From the IMG/VR virus record IMGVR_UViG_3300036861_000473: a stretch of DNA of 60,029 nt; one strand, given 5' to 3'. Below are positions 17,921 to 24,764 of this stretch, one piece after another. The translations under genes were made by a program, and so were the position numbers. How positions within the stretch are numbered: position 1 is the stretch's first letter; every line of letters begins with the position of its first letter. Source of the DNA: a virus (Duplodnaviria; Caudoviricetes). Below the pieces are notes generated by a model. The model was not told the origin of the DNA, did not search any database, and saw only the letters and a list, made by a program, of their open reading frames with translations.

Positions 17921-19063
17921 CTAGGGGATGCGAACGGGCATGATCAGGCCGCGGAAGCCGTTACCATCGGTCACCAAAGCCGGCTTGAGGCTATCCCGGA
18001 GCTGCATCGTCCCGTGGTCGACCGCGGCCAGCAGCTCACGTAGGTACAGCGGCTTGAAGCTGGTAGGGGTGAACGGCGTGTAGCCTGCCAGTTTCAGGCC
18101 TGGTAGTTCCGCCTCGACCTTGCCGATGTCCTGCCGCTTGCACGAGGCGGCGATGGTCGCGCCGCTCGCCTCGAGGATGATCGGCTCGCGTCCGAACGAT
18201 GCCACGATCGCCGCGGCGGCCGCCGCACCATCGGTGACGTCGATGGTTGGCACATCGCCCGTCATGGTCGGGATCAGCCGCTCCCAAGTGGAGGGAAACT
18301 CGCCCTCTATGGCCCGGGCCCAGAACATCGACGGCCCAACCTGCACGCGCACCTCGCCCGTGCCGTGTGTGTCGGTGCCCGTGCCATGCCACCAGGCGCC
18401 GCCCTCGGTCGCCTTGTACAGCGCGATGGCCTGCTTGACCAGGGTGAGCGCCCGGGCGGGTAGCAGGAAGCAAAACGCCGAATCGTCTAGCTGTTCGGTC
18501 TGGTAGGTGTGGAGGCGATAGGAATCGGTCGCGGTCGCGGTCAGCGTGCCCTGGTCGCGCTTGACCTGGACCGCGGTCAACACTGGGCGAGCCTCATCGC
18601 CGCTGGTCGCTGGCAGTACCCGCCGCGCCCACGTGCCAAGCAGGCCGAGGTCGGAGGTCACGCGCACCTCGCCCTCTGAGACCTCGCCGCGCAACGTCGG
18701 ATAGTCCTCGAGCGCGTTGACGTGGAGCGCCGCATGCAGGCCGCCAGCATGCATGCGCAGCAGGCCGGCTTCCTGGTCGAGCTCGAGCCGCGCGAGTGTT
18801 CCCTTTGGCTGGCGTCCCTTGAGGGTTGCGGCGAGCTCGCGCAACGGCACCACGACGGCACCAGTGTCGACCACCAGCGACGAGTCAAGCCGCGTCGTGC
18901 TGGTCAACTCAAGGTCCGTCGTGGTGATCGTGACCGGGCGGCCCCAGCCGGCCGCCTCGATCTTCACTCCGCCCAGAACGGGCAGGGTCGGACGACGCGA
19001 GCACGTGCCAGCCGCGACTTTGAGCGCGCGGACGAGCTCGGCATGGTCAACGTCGAAATGCAA
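17921..19063 (-). CDS. dnaN: DNA polymerase III beta sliding clamp homologue
   Basis: RPTLPVLGGV, TTDLE, EDYPTL, DEARPVLTAV, ATDSYRL, IEGEFP, KPAL, LIMPVRI; TTG start after AAGGGA, but may be frameshift-fused to the upstream ORF. Confidence 0.88.
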   Translation of the reverse strand: MHFDVDHAELVRALKVAAGTCSRRPTLPVLGGVKIEAAGWGRPVTITTTDLELTSTTRLDSSLVVDTGAVVVPLRELAATLKGRQPKGTLARLELDQEAGLLRMHAGGLHAALHVNALEDYPTLRGEVSEGEVRVTSDLGLLGTWARRVLPATSGDEARPVLTAVQVKRDQGTLTATATDSYRLHTYQTEQLDDSAFCFLLPARALTLVKQAIALYKATEGGAWWHGTGTDTHGTGEVRVQVGPSMFWARAIEGEFPSTWERLIPTMTGDVPTIDVTDGAAAAAAIVASFGREPIILEASGATIAASCKRQDIGKVEAELPGLKLAGYTPFTPTSFKPLYLRELLAAVDHGTMQLRDSLKPALVTDGNGFRGLIMPVRIP

Positions 19064-19169
19064 ACCGCCTGTCCCTTGGGTAGCCGGCTTCGGCGGGGTA
19101 GGTGGCGGGGTAGGCCGCGGCGGAGTAGCCGGCTGGGCAGGCTTCGGTGGCTGGGCGGGCTTCGGTGGG

Positions 19170-19535
19170 CTAGCCGGCTTGCTTGGCGCCGCGCTCGAGA
19201 TTGGCCGCTTGACCGCTGGCCGCTTGCTTGGCTGCTGCCTGCTTGGCGGCCTCGCGCTTGACCTCCGCGGCGGCCGCGTTGTAGTCGGTTTGGGACTTGC
19301 GGTAGTTGCGGCCCGTGTACCGTTTGACGTAGCGGTAGGTGACGCGGCCACCCTCGAGGCGAATCCACGCAACCCATGCTGCCGGGCGCGGTCGATAGTC
19401 GGTTTGGTAGCCGTCCGAAGCCTCACCAGACCAGAGCTCGACTTTGACTGTGCGGCCGCCAGCAATCGTGACCTCTGCACGGTCGACAAGGCTTGCCCTG
19501 GCAGGAACCGCCGTATTGTTACCATCGCGCATCAT
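19170..19535 (-). CDS. Hypothetical protein (possible N-terminal part of clamp fusion)
   Basis: AGAAGGGG RBS; MMRDGNN...AEVKREAAKQ. Confidence 0.6.
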   Translation of the reverse strand: MMRDGNNTAVPARASLVDRAEVTIAGGRTVKVELWSGEASDGYQTDYRPRPAAWVAWIRLEGGRVTYRYVKRYTGRNYRKSQTDYNAAAAEVKREAAKQAAAKQAASGQAANLERGAKQAG

Positions 19536-19713
19536 CCGCCCCTTCTGGTGGCGTTTCGTCGTCGGTCTCGTCGTCGTCGGTCCAGCAGCGGGCATGGAGG
19601 CGGCCGCCCTCAAGCCGTAGTTCCACGTGCAAGCCGGATAGGGGATCCGCCCAATGCAGAACGCCCTCCAAGCCCCGTAGCAGGGCCCAGAGGGCGAGCA
19701 GGCGACTACGCAC
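19519..19713 (-). CDS. Small protein with acidic tail
   Basis: Overlaps both neighbours; DDDETDDETPPEGADD. Confidence 0.5.
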   Translation of the reverse strand: MRSRLLALWALLRGLEGVLHWADPLSGLHVELRLEGGRLHARCWTDDDETDDETPPEGADDARW

Positions 19714-20677
19714 CTTGCACCGTTGGCGGGATCGAGGCCTCGCGGCGGCCGCGCACCTCGGGATAGGGGATTTTGTCGTTCCACGTGTAGCCGCTCGGGA
19801 CAGTGAGTGACTTCGGATTCACCCGAAGCACTGGGCGCCAACGATTCCAGCGGTCCAGCACCTCGTCGCCCTTGGCGAAATCGCCCGGGCCCCACACTTT
19901 CGCGCCGCTCGCCTGCTTGGCTGCCACCACTTGGCGCCAGTGCTCGAGCTCGTCGGCGTTCTGCTGCTGCTGGGCTTGCAGCTGCTCCGCCCATTGGCCA
20001 GTAGCCGCCTCATGGTCTTCGACGTAGGCGACCTCGCCGCGCCCGTTCCGGTACTGCCGCTGGTAGCCCTGCAGCTTCCGGGCGATGTCGCGCTGCTCCG
20101 CCTCCAGCCGCTCAATCCGCCGCAACGTCGTGCCGAGAGACTCGCGCCGCTGCTTGTACCGCTCCGATGTCGCGGCCGCCTGCTGGTAGTGGCTCGCCTT
20201 GCCGTCTTCCTCGATCGAGCGGCGGATAGCGTTGTCGGCCCGCTTCAAAGCGGCCCGATGGCCACGCTCGGAGTGATGGCCGATCAGGATCGGCTGACCA
20301 GGCGGGATCGGCTCGAGGATGTCATGGAAGCGCTGGAATGCGGCCGCGGCCGCAGACTCCGCCCGTTCGGCCCGATCGGCGTAGGTGTCCGCGCGCTGTT
20401 CCGCCCGGGCCTCCCGTTCCGCCTCCGCCTCCGCGAACGCTCGAGGTGTCTCGTCAATCGACACCTCGACCTGGAAGCCTGCCGCGCGCAGCTGCTTGGC
20501 GGCCTGGTCGATGCGCCAGGTCTTCGCGGCCCGATCCCTGGACTGTTGGATGATCCATGCGCGGATACCGGGCGCCCAGCGGAAACCGGCCGTCTTGAGG
20601 ATCGGCGCCGAACCATCGCCGCGGGCAGTGCCCTCGACAATGGTTCCCTCCGGGCGAGTATGGGTGATGGTGATCAT
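19706..20677 (-). CDS. DUF3560-like protein
   Basis: MITITHTRPEGTIVEGTARGDG...IPPGQPILIGHHSERGHR...RRIERLEAE...VLRVNPKSLTV. Confidence 0.82.
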   Translation of the reverse strand: MITITHTRPEGTIVEGTARGDGSAPILKTAGFRWAPGIRAWIIQQSRDRAAKTWRIDQAAKQLRAAGFQVEVSIDETPRAFAEAEAEREARAEQRADTYADRAERAESAAAAAFQRFHDILEPIPPGQPILIGHHSERGHRAALKRADNAIRRSIEEDGKASHYQQAAATSERYKQRRESLGTTLRRIERLEAEQRDIARKLQGYQRQYRNGRGEVAYVEDHEAATGQWAEQLQAQQQQNADELEHWRQVVAAKQASGAKVWGPGDFAKGDEVLDRWNRWRPVLRVNPKSLTVPSGYTWNDKIPYPEVRGRREASIPPTVQGA

Positions 20678-20787
20678 GCTTCGGGCCCTTCCTGGTCTTC
20701 CTGCTCGAGGTCGCTCGAATCGGGCACCCAAGGGTTGGGGATACCGCCGTACTCGCGGTCATAGGTGGAGGTACGGTCGATCACCAT
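20674..20787 (-). CDS. Small acidic protein (37 aa)
   Basis: TGATG/ATGA coupling on both sides; MVIDRTSTYDREYGG... Confidence 0.55.
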   Translation of the reverse strand: MVIDRTSTYDREYGGIPNPWVPDSSDLEQEDQEGPEA

Positions 20788-20963
20788 CACCTCGCCCTGC
20801 CATGGTTGGCGGCCTTGTAGCCCTCGTCGTAGGCACGGTGCAGGTCGGCATGTTCGGGATCGGACGGCACCATGCGCTTGAAATGGCGGACTAGGGCCCA
20901 GTCGCCATGCTTGGCGGCCTGCCCTGCCCGCTTGCCGATGTCGTAGGCTTCCTGCTCTGTCAT
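20787..20963 (-). CDS. Small hypothetical protein (58 aa), absent from ORF track
   Basis: MTEQEAYDIGKRAG...AYDEGYKAANHGRAR; GAGG RBS. Confidence 0.65.
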   Translation of the reverse strand: MTEQEAYDIGKRAGQAAKHGDWALVRHFKRMVPSDPEHADLHRAYDEGYKAANHGRAR

Positions 20964-20966
20964 GGC

Positions 20967-21116
20967 CTACCTCGCTCTGCCGTGGTTGGCGCCGCCGCAA
21001 TGGCAGTCACAGGCCGGGCCTTGTGCTGCCATGCAGGCCGCGGCGCATGGCTCCGGCTTGCTGGTGAAGATCGCCCAGCCCTTGACCGCCTCGAGCACCC
21101 AATCGAGCCTGCTCAT
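20967..21116 (-). CDS. Small Cys-cluster protein (49 aa), absent from ORF track
   Basis: CAAACMAAQGPACDCHCGGANHGRAR; AGAAGGG RBS; first gene after the promoter. Confidence 0.65.
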   Translation of the reverse strand: MSRLDWVLEAVKGWAIFTSKPEPCAAACMAAQGPACDCHCGGANHGRAR

Positions 21117-21130
21117 CCTGTCCGCCCTTC

Positions 21131-21183
21131 TGTAGGTCAACTACCGACAGTCACAGTGTAGGACAACCACCTACAGTAGTCAA
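21131..21183 (-). promoter_or_regulatory. Near-consensus leftward promoter with two operators
   Basis: TTGACT-N17-TACACT (21183-21155); operators at 21157-21175 and 21131-21149. Confidence 0.75.
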
Positions 21184-21338
21184 CTGCAAACCTACAGGTC
21201 AGAGCGGGGATGGGCCTCGAAAATCACGATCGCAAACGCCCTGCTGACACCCCGGCCGACCTGTCTCGCACCATGTACGCATCGGCCCGGGCCGCCCTGG
21301 CGGGCATGATCGGTTCGACAGGAGCGGGAAGTTTTGGG

Positions 21339-21351
21339 CAAGCAAGACAAG
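21339..21351 (+). repeat. 13-bp direct repeat CAAGCAAGACAAG, right copy
   Basis: Identical to 17412-17424. Confidence 0.85.
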
Positions 21352-21389
21352 TAACGTGGGCGGCGACCGAGCGTTCCAGCGAGAGTGAA

Positions 21390-21490
21390 GATATGGGCCT
21401 ATTTGTTCTAGTTTATACCCATATTTTCGTCCAATATGACAGGTTTACACCCTTCTGATCCTGTCAAACTGGACATTAACTCGGTCAATG
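21390..21490. promoter_or_regulatory. AT-rich putative terminase-binding/packaging region
   Basis: TAGTTTATACCCATATTTT resembles motifs at 17350-17395; inverted repeat GTCCA..TGACAGG...CCTGTCA..TGGAC; directly upstream of terS. Confidence 0.5.
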
Positions 21491-21534
21491 GAGACACGTT
21501 GGATGCCGCATAGCGGCCTAAAGGGGTGAACCGG

Positions 21535-21945
21535 ATGCCGACGGTGCCGAAGTTCGAGCCGCGCCGGCGCAACGCCCGCGTCGGCCCCGTCAAGCTCCCC
21601 CCGGAGGGCCGCAAGGGACGCGCGCCGACCTGGCCACTCGACACGGTCCTGACCGTCGAGCAGCGCAAGCTGTGGGCCAAGCTGTGGCGCACCCCGCAGG
21701 CGGTCGAGTGGCAGCGGCTCGGCTGGACCCGCGTGGTGGCCCGCTACGTCCGCGTCGTGCTCTGGGCCGAAGAGACGCTCGACTCCAAGGACCTGGCGCA
21801 GGCGAGTGCGCTGGAGGACCGGCTGGGGCTGACACCCAAGGCGATGCGGCTGCTGCTGTGGACGATCGGCGACGATGACGCCGGCGAGGAGCTGGAGCAG
21901 CAGCGCCCAGCGGACGTGCGCGCTCGCCTGCGAGCGGTCGACTAG
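21535..21945 (+). CDS. terS: Terminase small subunit
   Basis: GRAPTWPL...WAKLWRTPQAVEW...LEDRLGLTPKAMRLLLWTI. Confidence 0.85.
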   Translation: MPTVPKFEPRRRNARVGPVKLPPEGRKGRAPTWPLDTVLTVEQRKLWAKLWRTPQAVEWQRLGWTRVVARYVRVVLWAEETLDSKDLAQASALEDRLGLTPKAMRLLLWTIGDDDAGEELEQQRPADVRARLRAVD

Positions 21946-21946
21946 C

Positions 21947-22345
21947 ATGACCAAGGCGGCCATCTGCGCGGCCTGCTGGGACATCGTCTCGCCCCGTCGC
22001 GCGTGGGAGACGGACCGGTCGTGGCGCTGGTGCGAGTGCGACCACATCGGCGTCCGCTGGCGCGACGGCGCCCTCGGCTTGCTCGAGGTCGCCAGCCTGC
22101 ACGGCGCCGACGGTGTCCGCGTGCTCGGCCTGAACAACATGTTCCTCGAAGAGGGCATGCGCACGCGCGACGCGGACCCACAGGGCTGGCGCGCCTGGCA
22201 TGAGGCAACCTGCGAGCAGGTCGAACCGCACTACCTGTTCCACAAGGACAAGCGCAATTGTTGGGCGCTGTTGGTCCGCCCGGGCGAGAGCGGCGACGTG
22301 TTTCTCATGGACTACTTGACAGCCAAGCGTGAGGCGGTCGAGTAG
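21947..22345 (+). CDS. Hypothetical protein between terS and terL
   Basis: CAACWD...CECDH; GC3-rich. Confidence 0.65.
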   Translation: MTKAAICAACWDIVSPRRAWETDRSWRWCECDHIGVRWRDGALGLLEVASLHGADGVRVLGLNNMFLEEGMRTRDADPQGWRAWHEATCEQVEPHYLFHKDKRNCWALLVRPGESGDVFLMDYLTAKREAVE

Positions 22346-22348
22346 CCG

Positions 22349-24001
22349 ATGCCGTGGCGGGGCCCGGAAGTGCCGGGCGAGTTCCCCACGCTCGGCTACC
22401 TGATCGGCGAGTGGATCGAGGCGAACTGCGTCATCCCTGACGGGCTGCTGCAGGGCCGCGAGTACCGGCTGACCGACGAGATGTGGCGGTTCCTGCTGCG
22501 CTACTACCGCCTCCACCCCGACGCCCGGCCGATCGACGTGGCGATGCTCGAGGCGAAGCTCCGCCACCCCGAGCTCGAGCTGCCCCCCTCGCCGTTCTTC
22601 TACCGCGGCGGGCTGCTGATGCGCGCGCAGAAGTGGGGGAAGGGCCCGTTCGCCGCGTCCATCATCCTCGGGGAGACGTTCGGGCCGGTCAGCTTCGACG
22701 GGTGGGACGACAAGGGGGAGCCGGTCGGCCGGGAGCAGCCGACCCCATGGGTGCAGATCGTCGCCACGGCGGAGGAGCAGACCGACAACACCTGGCTGTG
22801 CGTGTACGAGATGGCCAGCCGCGGGGAGATCGCCAACACCCCCGGGATCGACATCGGCATCGAGGACATCAACCTGCCCAGCGGCGGGAAGATCGAGCCG
22901 CGCAGCTCCAGCGGCAAATCGCGGCTGGGCGCGCGGACCACCTTCGACCTGTTCGACGAGACCGGGCTGATGCTCGAGTCCAACGGCGGCGTCCACCTGG
23001 CCACCACGATGAAACGCAACATCGGCGGGATGCGTGGCCGGTGGCTTGAGACGACCAACGCCTACGACCCTTCCGAGCAGAGCGTCGCACAGCGCACCCA
23101 CACCTCCCCAGCCGAGGACGTGCTGATCGACTACCGGCCCCCGTCACGCCGGCCGGACCTCCGCGACGACCAGGGTTGCCTGGAGCTGCTCGACGAGGTG
23201 TACGGCGACTCGTGGTGGGTGGACCGCCGGCGGATCCTCGCGGACGCCCGTGACCCGGCGGTGTGCCCGACCCCGGCGGATGCGCTCAGGTTCTTCTTCA
23301 ACGTGCTCGAGGTTGGCCAGTCCTCTGCGGTGGACGGGGCCCGGTGGGACAGCAAGGCCCGGCCCGGCAGTCTGGTGCCGAACGAGCTGATCTGCCTCGG
23401 GTTCGACGGGTCACGCGCGCTCGACCTGACCAGCCTCATCGCCAGCCGCGTGACGGATGGCCGCTGGTTCCACCTGCGGTCGTGGAAGCCGTCCGAGTAC
23501 CCGGACCACAGGGTGCCGCGCGTGGAGGTCGACCAGGCCGTCACCGACGCGTTCGACGCCTACCAGGTGTGGTGCATGTTCGGCGACCCGTACCGGTGGC
23601 AGGAGTACTTCGACATCTGGGAGGCACGCTGGCCGACCCGCCTGGACGGCAAGCAGTCGACCCGGGTGATCGAGTTCCCCACCAACGTCGAGCATCGCAT
23701 GGACGACGCGATCACCCGGTTCCTTGAGCACTTCGCTGGCGGGTTCACCCACGACGGCGATCCGCTGCTCGCCGAGCATGCGAAGGCGGCGGCGCTGGCG
23801 AAGGGGAAGCGGCGGCAGCCCCGCCCGAACGAGGACCCATCCATTCCCCGGTTCTTCCAGCGGATCGTCAAGAAACGCGAGGTGGCCAACATCGACGCGT
23901 TCGTCGCTGGGCTGCTCGCCGAGGCGGCGCGTGGGCAGGCGATCGAGGATGGCGCGCTTGCCCAGCGTCGGGTGGTGCTTGAGGGTCCGCTGATGGTCTA
24001 G
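22349..24001 (+). CDS. terL: Terminase large subunit
   Basis: RAQKWGKG (Walker A), LFDET (Walker B), ETTNA, LGFDGS, IDAFVA. Confidence 0.93.
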   Translation: MPWRGPEVPGEFPTLGYLIGEWIEANCVIPDGLLQGREYRLTDEMWRFLLRYYRLHPDARPIDVAMLEAKLRHPELELPPSPFFYRGGLLMRAQKWGKGPFAASIILGETFGPVSFDGWDDKGEPVGREQPTPWVQIVATAEEQTDNTWLCVYEMASRGEIANTPGIDIGIEDINLPSGGKIEPRSSSGKSRLGARTTFDLFDETGLMLESNGGVHLATTMKRNIGGMRGRWLETTNAYDPSEQSVAQRTHTSPAEDVLIDYRPPSRRPDLRDDQGCLELLDEVYGDSWWVDRRRILADARDPAVCPTPADALRFFFNVLEVGQSSAVDGARWDSKARPGSLVPNELICLGFDGSRALDLTSLIASRVTDGRWFHLRSWKPSEYPDHRVPRVEVDQAVTDAFDAYQVWCMFGDPYRWQEYFDIWEARWPTRLDGKQSTRVIEFPTNVEHRMDDAITRFLEHFAGGFTHDGDPLLAEHAKAAALAKGKRRQPRPNEDPSIPRFFQRIVKKREVANIDAFVAGLLAEAARGQAIEDGALAQRRVVLEGPLMV

Positions 24002-24171
24002 CGGACCGGTGGCAGGCGGTGGAGCTGGGCTGGGGCTTGGCAGGTGGTGCAGACGCCCTTGATCTCCGGGTCCGCCTCGATGCCCAGTGCCGGGATGGCG
24101 ATGCCGGCCAGGCGCAGGAAGCTGCGATGCCCGTTCGGGCAGACGGCCAGGTAGTCAACCAGCGAGTTCAT
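23998..24171 (-). CDS. Antisense zinc-ribbon moron (57 aa), absent from ORF track
   Basis: MNSLVDYLAVCPNGH...GVCTTCQAP; TACGCT -10 box 6 nt before ATG. Confidence 0.55.
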   Translation of the reverse strand: MNSLVDYLAVCPNGHRSFLRLAGIAIPALGIEADPEIKGVCTTCQAPAQLHRLPPVR

Positions 24172-24201
24172 CCGCACAGCGTATTCCCAGGAGATGAGCC
24201 C

Positions 24202-24450
24202 ATGACGGTGCAGGCGTGGCAGCAGATCTTCGAGCGGGTCGAGCGGGAGGCACGCGGGCTGGATCCGGCCAAGGCGCTGCTGGCGGTGATCAGCGCGCCG
24301 CTGTTCGTGCTCGGCTTCCTGGCGGTGCTGATTCTCCAGGTCGCGTGGATGGCGGTGGCGTTCGCCTGGTCGGGTGCGCTGGTCGGGTGGCAGCAGGCCG
24401 GCGGCCTGGACGCGATCCGTGGCAAGCGGAAGGTGGACCCGTACGCATGA
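24202..24450 (+). CDS. Membrane protein
   Basis: Long hydrophobic stretch; AGGAG RBS. Confidence 0.65.
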   Translation: MTVQAWQQIFERVEREARGLDPAKALLAVISAPLFVLGFLAVLILQVAWMAVAFAWSGALVGWQQAGGLDAIRGKRKVDPYA

Positions 24451-24578
24451 GGTCCGTCGTCGCCAAGCGGCTGCGCTTCGAGCAGGCCCGGCTGCGCGCC
24501 GCCGGCATCACGGTGCCCCGCCGGCTTCGCACGTTCCGGCGGTGGCTGGGCCGCTACCAGATCGGGAGGCGACCATGA
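24447..24578 (+). CDS. Small basic protein
   Basis: ATGA-coupled on both sides. Confidence 0.5.
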   Translation: MRSVVAKRLRFEQARLRAAGITVPRRLRTFRRWLGRYQIGRRP

Positions 24579-24763
24579 GGCCGAGCGTCGGACGGATCGT
24601 CCACTACGTGTCCTATGGCACGCCAGGGCCGGTCGTCGGGCTGTGCGTGCTGAATCCGACCGGCCTGTTCTTCCACGCGATCGCCGACGGTGGCTGCCGC
24701 CAGGACGAGGACGGCAAGGCTGGCGGGACGTGGCACTGGCCCGAGCGGGTCGAGGAGAGCTGA
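24575..24763 (+). CDS. Conserved small phage protein
   Basis: PSVGRIVHY...GTWHWPERV. Confidence 0.7.
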   Translation: MRPSVGRIVHYVSYGTPGPVVGLCVLNPTGLFFHAIADGGCRQDEDGKAGGTWHWPERVEES

Positions 24764-24764
24764 C

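Larger units (their letters stand above)
17412..21351. mobile_element. 3.9 kb repeat-bounded accessory module within the packaging region (insertion or collapsed long terminal repeat)
   Basis: 13-bp direct repeats, AT-rich flanks, opposite-strand operon, own regulator; separates HNH from terS. Confidence 0.55.

Noticed and set aside
17921-19525. 534-aa clamp ORF as given by the track
   Set aside because: Its first ~90 codons lack an RBS and overlap a better ORF (19170-19535) in another frame.
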